Source: an uncultured Gemmatimonadales bacterium (lineage in GTDB: Bacteria; Gemmatimonadota; Gemmatimonadetes; Gemmatimonadales; GWC2-71-9). From it: a DNA stretch of 64,000 nt. Positions 54,301 through 64,000 of this stretch are shown one piece after another (position 1 is the first letter of the stretch; each line of letters opens with the position of its first letter). Both the position numbers and the translations under genes were made by a program. The stretch spans positions 192,001 to 256,000 of the forward strand of contig CAVOGR010000007.1 in assembly GCA_963695555.1 (NCBI GenBank). Direction: 5' to 3'. Under the pieces are notes generated by a model. That model was not told where the DNA came from. It made no database searches and was given only the letters and a program-made list of their open reading frames with translations.

Positions 54301-56262
54301 ATGGCATCCGCGCGGGAGAATCGGTCGTTTATGGGATCTGGACGGGGTAATCTGCTGCTGCTCCACATGCCGATGGCTGCGCCGAACCTGCCGAATCTGG
54401 CCATCGAGCAGCTCGCGCAGATTCTTCGCCGTGCCGGATTCCGGTGCGACGTCTCCTACCCGAACCTGCGGCTTCCCCGCTCCGTCAGCGCCCGACTCGT
54501 CCACGGCCTTCCCGGACCCGCGATCTTCGCACCCCACCGGTTCCGCATTCCTGCAGAGCAGGTGGCGGACGCGGTGGCCGCAGAGCTCAACCGCATTGCC
54601 CAGGCCGCCGGACTGTCTCGGCCAGATACTTACGACGACACCGCCACCGAGTACCTCCTGGGCATCGAAGCGGCAGGGCAGTGTCTGGACGGCACGTTGG
54701 CCGCGATTCCCGTGGGTAGCTACGACGCCATCGGCTTCTCAGTGATCTTCGATGCCCAGAAGCTGCCCTCTTGCGCCTTAGCGCATCGCCTGAAACAGCG
54801 TGAGCCTCGGATTCGGGTGCTTTTCGGCGGGACAGGTTGCGACGGGGAAATGGGCGCGGCATTGCTCGAACACTTCCCAGAGGTCGACGCGGTGCTTCAA
54901 GGCGAGGCCGATAGGACCGTTGTAGCTGCGTTCGATGCCCTGTTGGACGGTGAACTGGAAACCGTGCCCGGGCTTCTGTATCGTGATGGCGACGAGATCC
55001 TGCGTTCTTCCGTACCCGAGGATGAGCCGCCGCTTATCGGGGACGTGGTGCCAGACTATGCCACCTTCGTCGAGCAACGATCCGCCAGCGCATATCGTGA
55101 CGAACCCCTCGTTCTCTTCTACGAGGCGTCACGTGGCTGCTGGTACGGTCGCAAACAGCATTGCAACTTCTGCGGAATCAAGAACGTCGACGGGGCATAC
55201 CGAGAGAAGGCGCCGGACGCACTCCTCCAAGAGATGCTCTCGCTGTCGAAGCGCTACGATCCGGAAACCCTATACGCGACCGATGCAATCCTGAGCCGAC
55301 AGCATATCAGCACGGTGCTCGCGGACATAGCTACGATGCGCCAGGTCGGATTGAGGCTGCCTGCCTTGTTTTTTGAAACCAAATCGAACCTGAAACCCGA
55401 AGAGATCGGACTTCTCGCCGCTGCCGGCACCAAACAAATGCAACCGGGAATCGAGAGTTTTAGCACCAACACCCTGCGTTTGATGCGCAAGGGTGCAACC
55501 ATGTTACAGCAACTCTCTTGTCTCAAGTGGTCCCGTGCGTACGGCGTCGAGTTGGTATACAGTATTCTCACCGGTACCCCCGGAGAGTCCGATGCCGACC
55601 GCGACGCCATGGCCGCGCTAATGGAGCATCTGCACCACCTGCCACCACCATATCAGACCAATCGACTCGGGCTACACCGTTTCAGCCCATACTTCAAGGA
55701 CTCAGCTGCGTTCGGGATCACCGACGTTCGTCCGTTTGCGCTGCAGAAGACCATCTATCAGACCGAGAACGTCGACCTGTTGTGCCGACTCTGCTATGAG
55801 CTGGAGTACAGCCTTGAGCCTGAAGTGGTACCGATCGGACCAGGAAGCATGGAACGTCTGTCCGAGGCGGTCAGGCGATGGCGTGAAGCGTACTTTGCCG
55901 GCTGTAGGATGGTGGTCCGACCACTCGCCGGAGGTGCCATAGTGATCCGAGCCATCGCCGATCAGGGTCCAAGGATCGACCGATATGAAGGAGTGGACGC
56001 AACCGTGCTCCTCGAAGCGGGGACGGTCGTTGGGATCGGGACGTTGGCCCGCCGCATTGGTGTGCCGGAGGCCGAGGTCGACGCGGCGGCCACGAGGCTC
56101 GAATCGCTCCACCTTCTCGTCAGGGAGGAGCGCAACCTTCTGGCACTGCCGGTGCCCCCGGCAGAGCCATGGAGGCCGCGATCCCCTCGAGCCACCCGCG
56201 ATGTTGACGCCCCCGCCCAACCCGAGGTGCTCGTTCAGGCGCGGGCCGACGCGCCGTGCTAG
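54301..56262 (+). CDS. B12-dependent radical SAM C-methyltransferase, RiPP maturation type (PoyB/PoyC-like)
   Basis: MPMAAPNLPNLAI, FGG..C.GEMG, GEAD, EASRGCWYGRKQHCNFCG (Cx7Cx2C), QPGIES, LMRKG, RFSPYF. Confidence 0.9.
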   Translation: MASARENRSFMGSGRGNLLLLHMPMAAPNLPNLAIEQLAQILRRAGFRCDVSYPNLRLPRSVSARLVHGLPGPAIFAPHRFRIPAEQVADAVAAELNRIAQAAGLSRPDTYDDTATEYLLGIEAAGQCLDGTLAAIPVGSYDAIGFSVIFDAQKLPSCALAHRLKQREPRIRVLFGGTGCDGEMGAALLEHFPEVDAVLQGEADRTVVAAFDALLDGELETVPGLLYRDGDEILRSSVPEDEPPLIGDVVPDYATFVEQRSASAYRDEPLVLFYEASRGCWYGRKQHCNFCGIKNVDGAYREKAPDALLQEMLSLSKRYDPETLYATDAILSRQHISTVLADIATMRQVGLRLPALFFETKSNLKPEEIGLLAAAGTKQMQPGIESFSTNTLRLMRKGATMLQQLSCLKWSRAYGVELVYSILTGTPGESDADRDAMAALMEHLHHLPPPYQTNRLGLHRFSPYFKDSAAFGITDVRPFALQKTIYQTENVDLLCRLCYELEYSLEPEVVPIGPGSMERLSEAVRRWREAYFAGCRMVVRPLAGGAIVIRAIADQGPRIDRYEGVDATVLLEAGTVVGIGTLARRIGVPEAEVDAAATRLESLHLLVREERNLLALPVPPAEPWRPRSPRATRDVDAPAQPEVLVQARADAPC

Positions 56263-57361
56263 TCCTCCGTCCGCGACAGCTCACGGTGCTCGCCACCAGC
56301 AACTGCACAGCTACGTGCAGCCACTGCTCGATGCAATCCGCGCCGGGACGTCGGGAGTACCTGACGTTCGCTCAAATGCGCCAAGCAATCGACGAGCTGC
56401 ATACGCTGAGTCCGCTTCGCGTTGTGATCTTCGCCGGCGGCGAACCTACACTCCTCGGCGAGGCACTGCTCGATGCGATCGCGTACGCCGATGGGCTCGG
56501 CATCCTGACCCGCTTGGTTACGAACGCGTATTGGGCCACCAATCCGGCGCGCGCGCGCGCACGCCTCATAGCGTTTCGGGAAGCGGGCCTTCGTGAACTC
56601 AACTTGAGTGCGGACGACCAACATCTTCCCTTCGTGCCATTCGAGCGAATCGAATATGCTTGGCATGCCAGCAAGGGCCTGGGGTTTCAGGCGGTCATCA
56701 TCGCCAACTGCTCAGGCCCGCGGAGCCGCGTCACCCCGTCCTACATCGAAGACCGTCTTGGGGAATCCTTGGTAAGACGATTCGATGAGGATGGATCACC
56801 GCTTCCCCTCGCTGCCCCGGCACCGGATGGCACCGTGTACGGCCTGTCCAACGCGCTATTTGCAGCGACTGGGCCGCGGCAAAGACTTACCGGATCAGGA
56901 TTTGATCTTCCCCGACACAGAAGAGGCGCTGAACACCCCGTGCCCCTGGGCCGTGCGTAGTGCAGCATTGTCCCCCTCCAATCACCTCGTCGCCTGCTGC
57001 GGTATCGAGGCCGAGGGAAATCCCGTACTCGACTTCGGTTCGGCCTCGGAGATGTCGGTCACAACGCTCGTAAACCGAGCGGACAATAGCCTCCTCGTCA
57101 ATGCAATCGCCCTGCTTGGACCCGTCTATCTGAAGCGATTTCTGACGGAGCGCGCGCCGGAGATCGCGTGGCGGCCTCGCTACAGTAGTGTGTGTGAAGT
57201 GTGTGAGCATCTGGTCACTCGTCCAGAGGTCACTTGGTGCCCTCCGCTCTCACTCGGCCGAACTTGCCCTTCAACTCCTACCCGTGCGCGACGCACTGGA
57301 GGAGGTCGCTCCCGCGGATGCGGAAACCTCAGATGCTTATCACCTCACAGGCACCTACTGA
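56256..57361 (+). CDS. Radical SAM enzyme, putative peptide epimerase (PoyD-like); frameshifts near 56855 and 57235
   Basis: CTATCSHC, FAGGEP, VTNAYWA, LSADDQH; C-terminal CPW..ACCG..CEVC in the next frame. Confidence 0.75.
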
Positions 57362-58429
57362 ACTCGAAGGCGGCTCCCTAGGCCGGCTGGGCGACGAACT
57401 GCAGCACACTGGCTATGCTGAGTTCTGCTCCACGTTCTTCCCGCTTGCACCACGGCTGGAACACTGGATCGAACATCGGGACGACGCACCCCAGGAGCTG
57501 CGAAGCCTGGTCGATCTCTTTCTCCTGGCGCAGCCAACGAGCTATGACGACTTGCCACGCGGACTACGCGCGGTCGTGGAAGCGCTTGTGGAAATCGGGA
57601 TTCTGGTTGACAGAACGGATGGGATGGTCAGTACGCCTGGCCTGGTCGCTGCTGCCCGTGTTCGGCTACTGGCTCTTTTTCCAGAAACCAACCCGGAATC
57701 CAGCACTCTACTTCGGCGATGACTCCGTAGCCCTGGCCTGCCGCATCCGCCCACGCCACGGGGGGAGCACGCTGGACCTGTGCGCCGGTCCTGGCATTCA
57801 GTCCCTGGTGGCAAGCGGCATCAGCGGTTCAGTGACGGCCGTGGAAATCAACCCAGCCGCGGCCGAGATCGCGAAATTGAACGTCATGATTAACCGTCGC
57901 GACGATCGGATTTCAGTACTCACCGGGGACTTGTATGAACCCCTCTCACCTGACCTGCGGTACGATCACGTAGTAGCAAATCCACCCCTCTTACCCGTGC
58001 CAAGGAACATGCAGTATCCCTTTGTCGGCGACGGGGGACCGGACGGCCTCACCGTGACGCGACGTATCCTCTCCGGACTGCCAACTAGGCTCCACCCGGC
58101 CGGCACCGCGCAGATAATCGGTACCTGTCTCAGCGATGGGATCTTGCCGTTCGCTGCCGACGAGATGGCCGAATGGACCCGTAGAACGGATATGGACCTT
58201 CGGATGACTGTGGCCGCGCACGTCCCGCTTTCCCCTGGTACCCCGATGTTTCAAGGGCTGGTCGAGACGGCTGGCGGACCGGATTTGGCGGAATCCTTCG
58301 CGTCGTTTCTTGCTGCGCGAGCGCGCCGGGTACTTGGCAACCTTCTTTCTGCATGTGAGGTGGGGTCAGGGACGTTTCACGGTACAAGACATGTCCAGGG
58401 ACGGACATGCCGGACTCTGGTTCGTCTGA
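57318..58429 (+). CDS. SAM-dependent N-methyltransferase (PoyE-like Asn side-chain methyltransferase candidate); frameshifts near 57647 and 58322
   Basis: YFGDDS, LDLCAGPGIQ, VEIN, GDLYEP, VANPP, GGPDGL; GGAGGAGG RBS. Confidence 0.78.
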
Positions 58430-58480
58430 CATGGCCGGGGCAGCGTGCCCCGCGCGAACGAGCAATGGGAGAGGATCATC

Positions 58481-60045
58481 ATGGCTGACGTGACGGATGG
58501 AGCGGAAGGACGTGGCGCACCTCGAATCAAGCGTGACAATTTCGTCGCGAGAATCGTGACCGACCCAGAGCGCCCGGTCGGCGCACTTGTGGTTGGCGGG
58601 TACATCGGTGACGCAGCCGAAGACTCAGCGCTGCGCATCTACTTCGACGCTTCGCTGACCAGCTTTCTGGATATCGAGAAGCAAGACGTTCTTGCTTTCA
58701 AGGAGGTGCCCGAACGCGTCGATCCCCTGGGATCTACAATTCTGTGGCTCGCGCGTGACGCCAGTGTGAAGTACGGCCTGACCGAGCCAAAGCCTGGTCT
58801 TGGTGCTGCAGTGACAGCCACTGTATCGGAGCCACCACCTCCACCTCCGCCGACGGTGACACTCCCTCTGACCCCCACCTTGACAAATTATGGGGGGACC
58901 TGGGGCCCGACTCGGTCCCAGCCCAGCTGGCCGACGCACCCGACGGTGCCCGCCGCCGACCTGGCCCACGGCAACCCACCGTGCCCACGCGGACGACGAC
59001 GCCGCCGACCATGTCGCAACCGAGCTGGCCCACCCAACCGACGGCCACCCCGCCGACCTGGCCCACGGAACCCACCGTGCCCACGCGGACGATGACGCCG
59101 CCGACCATGTCGCAGCCCAGCTGGCCCACCCAGCCCACGGCCTCACCCCCGACCTGGCCTACGGCACCGACGATGACCCCGCCGACCATGTCGCAGCCCA
59201 GCTGGCCCACCCAGCCCACGGCCTCACCCCCGACCTGGCCTACGGCACCGACGATGACCCCGCCCACCATGTCGCAACCCAGCTGGCCCACCCAGCCCAC
59301 GGCCTCACCCCCGACCTGGCCCACGGCACCGACGATGACCCCGCCGACCATGTCGCAGCCCAGCTGGCCTACCCAGCCCACGGCCTCACCGCCGACCTGG
59401 CCCACGGCACCGACGATGACCCCGCCCACCATGTCGCAGCCCAGCTGGCCTACCCAGCCCACGGCCTCACCCCCGACCTGGCCCACGGCACCGACGATGA
59501 CCCCGCCGACCATGTCGCAGCCCAGCTGGCCTACCCAGCCCACGGCCTCGCCGCCGACCTGGCCCACGGCACCGACGATGACCCCGCCGACCATGTCGCA
59601 GCCCAGCTGGCCTACCCAGCCCACGGCCTCGCCGCCGACCTGGCCCACGGCACCGACGATGACCCCGCCCACCATGTCGCAGCCCAGCTGGCCTACCCAG
59701 CCCACGGCCTCACCGCCGACCTGGCCCACGGCGCCGACGATGACCCCGCCCACCATGTCGCAGCCCAGCTGGCCCACCCAGCCCACGGCCTCACCGCCGA
59801 CCATGTCGCAACCCAGTTGGCCCACGGAACCCACCGTGCCCACCCGCACGATGACGCCGCCCACGATGTCGCAACCCAGCTGGCCGACGCAACCGACGGC
59901 CACGCCGCCCACGATGTCACAACCCAGCTGGCCCACCCAACCAACGGCCACACCGCCCACGATGACCCCGCCGACCATGTCGCAACCGACGGTCACAATC
60001 ATCCCTACGGGCCCGGGGCATTGGGGATGGGGATGGCAGTGGTGA
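58481..60045 (+). CDS. RiPP-like precursor 2: globular N-terminal domain plus long Thr/Ser/Pro repeat region (~520 aa after correcting two apparent insertions at ~58950-58975)
   Basis: GGAGAGGA RBS; DNFVARIVTDP..GYIG..RIYFD..WLARDA domain; repeat text starts in frame 58445 and continues in ORF 58981..60045. Confidence 0.75.
59101..59800 (+). repeat. 81-bp coding tandem repeat, 8 full units plus a partial unit, with degenerate flanking units (58910-59990)
   Basis: Unit starts at 59101, 59182, 59263 etc.; encodes TMSQPSWPTQPTASPPTWPTAPTMTPP. Confidence 0.95.
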
Positions 60046-60111
60046 TTTGCTCTGCGGCTGAACAAGCTACCGCCGAGGCACCCATGTATCGCGCCTGAGA
60101 GGGAGAGGTTA

Positions 60112-61282
60112 TTGCACTTCAGTTGCCCGGGACTTGTTCAATACCTTCTCGAGACGGGCTGGCTCACAAGAGCCAGCCTAGTCCGGGCTATGCTCGAGAT
60201 CGTTCCCGTTGGACGACGCAATCGAAATTTCCGCGTGATGATCGGAAAGTCGGGGGGCCTTTTCGTTAAGCAGATTCAACGCGACGAGGTCTGCTGCGTG
60301 GCACACTGTGCGGCGTGAAGCACTCTTCTATCGTGAAGTGGCAGCACGGGAGCCACTGAAGGAAATGCGCCCGCTTGTGCCCCGCTTCTTGGGATGGGAT
60401 GCCGAACGAAGTACGGTCATCACCGAACTTGTCGAAGAGGCACAGACACTCCTCGCCGTCTCAGGGCAACCAGGGCAACATCGTTTTGCGATGATTGGCC
60501 GCACATTGGCTGCGGTCCACGGTTCGCGGGATGCGCTGAGCCGAGAGCAATCCTTGCACCAAGAGCTTGAGAATCGGGTACCTTGGATCCTGGACCTTGC
60601 GATGAATCCCTCCGCATTCATCCGAATTGGTGGGGGCGACATGATTACGTTCCTGGCGCTCCTGGAGGAGTATCCAGCCTTATTGAAGTGGCTAGGCCAC
60701 GCGCGGTCCGCGTGGGTTTGCGATGCCTTTATTCATGGCGACCTGCGCTGGGACAACATTCTCCTCGTCTCGAAGAACGGCTATTCCTCAAGGGTGGTTT
60801 TCGCGGATTGGGAACTATACGATCTTGGGGACTCTGCCTGGGATATCGCGACCATCATCAGAGATGCTTTGTTGATCGAGTTCTTTCAGCCAGGCTCCCT
60901 TCGGGCCCGCGGCCCCGCGATCCCGGCGCTGCTGGCAGCCTATCTCGATTGCCGGCCGGCACTGCGGCCAGACTTTGGCCAGTGGCGCTCTCGGGTAGTC
61001 ATCTACGCTGTCACTCAGTTGTGTCTTGCTGCGTTCGAGCAGCTCGCCGCTCGCGTCCGTGCTGGCAATGAGGTGCGGGCTTTAGTGGGTTGGGCGGATC
61101 AGCTTGGTCGTTCGACTGAGAGCGCTCGACTGGGTCTTCCCGGATGTCCGAGTCCCTTAGTCGCGCGGCTATCCGCCAGGCGATCACGTGGGTCCTCCGG
61201 GATCTACGGTTGTATCCCGCTGCCTTCATGCTGCGGGGCCGAGCCTACCCGTTGCCCCCCCAGCCAGGAGATCATTTACTAG
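60112..61282 (+). CDS. APH-family phosphotransferase (class V lanthipeptide-type kinase); frameshift near 60300, true end possibly near 61150
   Basis: RRNRNFRV..LFVKQ, RREALFY, IHGDLRWDNIL, DWE..GD.AWDIA. Confidence 0.82.
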
Positions 61283-62142
61283 CGCTCCGCGCGGCCCTTC
61301 AGCAAGTACTGTACGAGGTCTGTTACACCCGCCTATTGTCTGACTCCACATTCGACCAGTGGCGACCCAGTACCACGTCGGATGCCGACAATGGGTTCAC
61401 CGAAGTGTTGGCTCAGGCTGTCGGAGGGGCCCCGCGCTGGGAAGGGGGGTGGCGCGCAGCGAGCTCACCTGGGCCCGAAGGCATTTGGCTCACGAAACGT
61501 GAAACCTGTCGATGGGCCCAGACAGGCCACTACCTTCCAAGTTCGGAGGCCGGCCTCGATGGATACATTTGGCTTCTGATTCACCGTGAATGGCGGCACC
61601 CACTGCCCGGCTTCTACTTCATCAATGGAAGGACTCCAGGCGACGAGTGGGACGAGGCGCACCCGGCACGTTTCTACCTTCATACGCGCGCATCAACGGC
61701 AGTTGCCGTGAGCGAAATAGTCGTGAAGTTGCTGGACACCTACGAGGTCCCGTTCCGTTTCAAGACGCTGAACGTGGCATCCATGTACGATCGAGCCGAC
61801 GCTAGCGTGCTCTACGTTGGAACACAGCACGCTGCCGTCGTCGAGCGGCTTTTGCGGTATGCTTTCGCGAACGGGTCAAGCCGATGGCTGGACGAATCAG
61901 TCCCACTATTTACCATGTGCATCATTCCTGGGGTTGGGTTCGCCGTGGACCCGGGTACGGGAGAAAGCTTCGGTACAGACAGATGCAGGATCCTCGCCGA
62001 AGGAATCCTTGACGCTTGGCAAACCGGCGATACATCCGTCGATGGACGCTGGAGCGCAGTGGAAGCCAGATTCGCTGCCGTGGGTGTCGATTTGGATCAC
62101 GCATATCTCGGCGTTGATCAGGCCTCGTGGTTCGAATGCTAA
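61144..62142 (+). CDS. HopA1-like protein (class V lanthipeptide-type phospho-lyase)
   Basis: PGFYF, RFYLH, PFRFK, RADASVLYV, PLFT, GESFGTDRCRILAEG. Confidence 0.82.
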   Translation: MSESLSRAAIRQAITWVLRDLRLYPAAFMLRGRAYPLPPQPGDHLLALRAALQQVLYEVCYTRLLSDSTFDQWRPSTTSDADNGFTEVLAQAVGGAPRWEGGWRAASSPGPEGIWLTKRETCRWAQTGHYLPSSEAGLDGYIWLLIHREWRHPLPGFYFINGRTPGDEWDEAHPARFYLHTRASTAVAVSEIVVKLLDTYEVPFRFKTLNVASMYDRADASVLYVGTQHAAVVERLLRYAFANGSSRWLDESVPLFTMCIIPGVGFAVDPGTGESFGTDRCRILAEGILDAWQTGDTSVDGRWSAVEARFAAVGVDLDHAYLGVDQASWFEC

Positions 62143-62930
62143 GAGGCGCTCTGTCCCCGGCAGCGTCTCTGGAGGTGGCCACCCGCATCGGGCGGCGGCT
62201 GTGCCGGGATGCCATCTGGGACCACGATTGCTGTACTTGGCTCGGGTGGCAACCCCCGAACGAGAGCGCGGACATGGTCCCCGTCTACGGCGCGTGTGGA
62301 GGTGGATTCTATGATGGAACCGCCGGCATCGGCTGCTTCCTGCAGCATTTGAGTCAAGCGAGCCCGGATCCGCTTGTCCGTCTCACAGCGGACGGCGCTG
62401 TCCGTCAGGCCATCGGGATCGATACCGCGGCCATCCCAATATTTCCAGGTTCTCGCAGGCCTCAGGGCTCTCACCGGACAACTGTCGTTGACGCTCTTGC
62501 TGTCCTCCGTTGGAGTCTGAAAGAGACCGAGTCAGTTGGCGAGGGGGGAATCTGCAACGAGGAGATTCGCCACGCTGCTCAGTTGCTCATAGACCACCTC
62601 GGCTTCAGCCTTCAGCAGAGTTGGCTCCCGGCTTCGATGTTCGATGGGTGGTGTGGCGTCGCCGATGCGCTGCTCCTGTATGAGTGCCACAATCCAAACG
62701 CCGGTGCTAAATCCGTTGTCGAAGCAGTAGCAGCAAAGGCATACACGGTCCACGAACAATGGGGAATTCCCTGGCCCTGCGGCGGACCTGGAGGCGCCGA
62801 GACCCCCGACCTCTTACACGGCCTCGCCGGAATCGGGTGGTGCTATCTACGACTTGCCGATCCGCTGGCCGTGCCTTCGCCGTTTGCCCTGGTGGCCGGG
62901 AGGGAGAACGCGCCTGAAGGAGATAAATAG
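62127..62930 (+). CDS. Short LanC-like protein lacking CHG zinc motifs
   Basis: IGRRLCRDAIW..CTW, YDGTAGIG, WPCG..ETPDLLHGLAGIG..YLRL. Confidence 0.72.
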   Translation: MVRMLRGALSPAASLEVATRIGRRLCRDAIWDHDCCTWLGWQPPNESADMVPVYGACGGGFYDGTAGIGCFLQHLSQASPDPLVRLTADGAVRQAIGIDTAAIPIFPGSRRPQGSHRTTVVDALAVLRWSLKETESVGEGGICNEEIRHAAQLLIDHLGFSLQQSWLPASMFDGWCGVADALLLYECHNPNAGAKSVVEAVAAKAYTVHEQWGIPWPCGGPGGAETPDLLHGLAGIGWCYLRLADPLAVPSPFALVAGRENAPEGDK

Positions 62931-63256
62931 TGATTAGACTGCTGACTTTCGCACTTCCCGCGCTCTTTGTGCTGGCGGGCATTCCGCTTCGTCTCGGATG
63001 GGTTCCGCCTAACCGCTGGTACGGCTATCGGACGGCGCTCACGTTTCGCAATCCGGACGTATGGTACTCGGTGAACCGGGAGCTGGGTGTTGCCATGCTG
63101 GTCGCCGGTGTGCTGGGCCTCGCGGTTGGAGTGGCTCTGCTTCGACTCGCCCCGACCTGGCGCGGAGAGACCAGGCTTCTCGTGAGCATCATCAGCCAGA
63201 GTCTCCTGCTGTTTGCGGCGCTGTTGATTGTGGTGCTCAGAACTCAGCGTATATGA
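62930..63256 (+). CDS. SdpI family immunity protein
   Basis: VPPNRWYGYRT..W..NR signature; three TM helices. Confidence 0.85.
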   Translation: MIRLLTFALPALFVLAGIPLRLGWVPPNRWYGYRTALTFRNPDVWYSVNRELGVAMLVAGVLGLAVGVALLRLAPTWRGETRLLVSIISQSLLLFAALLIVVLRTQRI

Positions 63257-63263
63257 CAGGCGA

Positions 63264-64000
63264 TCACGGCGCCGCGACGTCCAGAATCCATCGCCCCAGT
63301 TCGGTCGTCACAGTGGCAGAGATCCGCCGCCGCCGGTCACCGTATGAGGCAAACCCGGAGGAATTGGTTACATGCCGCAGCAGATGGTCATGGTGAGGGA
63401 GCAATATCAAACGGCCTTTCAGGCCTGCGGCGCGGGCCGCGCGAAGAAGCAGGTGTGCATCCGCGACGGTTACCTGCAGGTCCGCCTTGCCTTGCAGGAT
63501 GAGGACAGGGCACCGGACAGCACCCAGCAGGTGCAAGGGATCGCGAACGTCGAGGCTTCGGTACCAGCGCCGAAGGTGCCGGAGCAGCACCAGCCCAGCC
63601 GGGACCCGGCCGGAAGTCCAACGAGGTGATCGCCGAGCGTGATAAAACAACTCCCGTACCTCCGCCTGTCTATGAGCAAGCCATTCCGAACCCAAACGAA
63701 GCTTGCGGGCCTGTATCGCAACCTGCTCCAGCAAAACAGACTCAATCGGACGACCCGCAGTGGCCAGCAGGGCCAAGCCGGCTACATTCCGATTTCTGCC
63801 GGCGACTTCCATTGCAAGCAGCCCCCCTTCACTGTGTCCGATCAAGAACGTAGGAACGCCCTGCACTTCCTGCCGCGAGCGAAGAACTGCAAACGCTGCA
63901 CGGGCCCGTGCCAACAACGATTCAAATCGTGGTTCCTCTGCAACCTCGAGCGTCTTCTCATATCGAAGGGTAGCGATACCCGCAGGCGCGAGTCGATTCG
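63264..64000 (-). CDS. Alpha/beta hydrolase (5' end probably outside the window)
   Basis: GHSEG nucleophile elbow, ILQGKADLQV, HDH; upstream frame reads like RYEKT.. Confidence 0.82.
   Translation of the reverse strand, partial: NRLAPAGIATLRYEKTLEVAEEPRFESLLARARAAFAVLRSRQEVQGVPTFLIGHSEGGLLAMEVAGRNRNVAGLALLATAGRPIESVLLEQVAIQARKLRLGSEWLAHRQAEVRELFYHARRSPRWTSGRVPAGLVLLRHLRRWYRSLDVRDPLHLLGAVRCPVLILQGKADLQVTVADAHLLLRAARAAGLKGRLILLPHHDHLLRHVTNSSGFASYGDRRRRISATVTTELGRWILDVAAP

Noticed and set aside
58910..59990. Tandem repeat as a CRISPR array
   Set aside because: Units are contiguous 81-bp copies with no unique spacers, length is a multiple of 3, variation is synonymous, and no cas genes are present.
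58734..60098. Alternative-frame repeat ORFs (58734..60065 minus, Gly/Val-rich; 58890..60098 plus, His/Ala/Asp-rich)
   Set aside because: Shadows of the repeat: unit variants are silent in the Thr/Pro frame but change residues in the His/Ala frame, and the Thr/Pro text continues from the upstream RBS-bearing domain on the cluster strand.
56256..60320. RiPP cluster being inactive because of frameshifts
   Set aside because: Indels of the same kind also occur in housekeeping genes of this window, so they are not evidence of decay; read-level polishing is needed.
47494..64000. Accessory region as a defined mobile element
   Set aside because: The composition shift is visible, but no integrase, transposase, tRNA target or long terminal repeats were found in the window.

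Overview
GC-rich bacterial chromosomal window. Gene content and protein style suggest Gemmatimonadota, but this is inference. Clustered single-base indels suggest a long-read or metagenome assembly. 0.1-47.5 kb is mostly housekeeping and catabolic: a mannoside-utilisation operon (2x GH38, GH130, SSS transporter, CBM9-like), malic enzyme, S46/M1/M28 peptidases, an ECF sigma/anti-sigma/DUF4097 operon, a minor-pilin cluster, two tandem cold-shock genes sharing a conserved structured leader, and a selenium-dependent xanthine dehydrogenase/YgfK/SsnA/YgeY/YgeW-type purine catabolism cluster. From about 47.5 kb the sequence looks accessory. Three tandem HEPN-motif proteins are followed by the main finding, a ~12 kb hybrid RiPP gene cluster (52.2-64 kb). 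Its first half encodes a precursor with an internal Ala/Asn core carrying two N-x5-N ladders (polytheonamide-like) between a leader and a follower domain, plus a B12-dependent radical SAM methyltransferase, a radical SAM enzyme (putative epimerase) and an NPP-motif N-methyltransferase. Its second half encodes a ~520-aa Cys-free Thr/Ser/Pro repeat protein (8 identical 27-aa units), an APH-type kinase, a HopA1-like lyase, a LanC-like protein lacking the Zn-binding motifs, an SdpI immunity protein and an alpha/beta hydrolase. No rRNA, tRNA, CRISPR array or transposase was recognised. All calls are by eye; no database searches were run.
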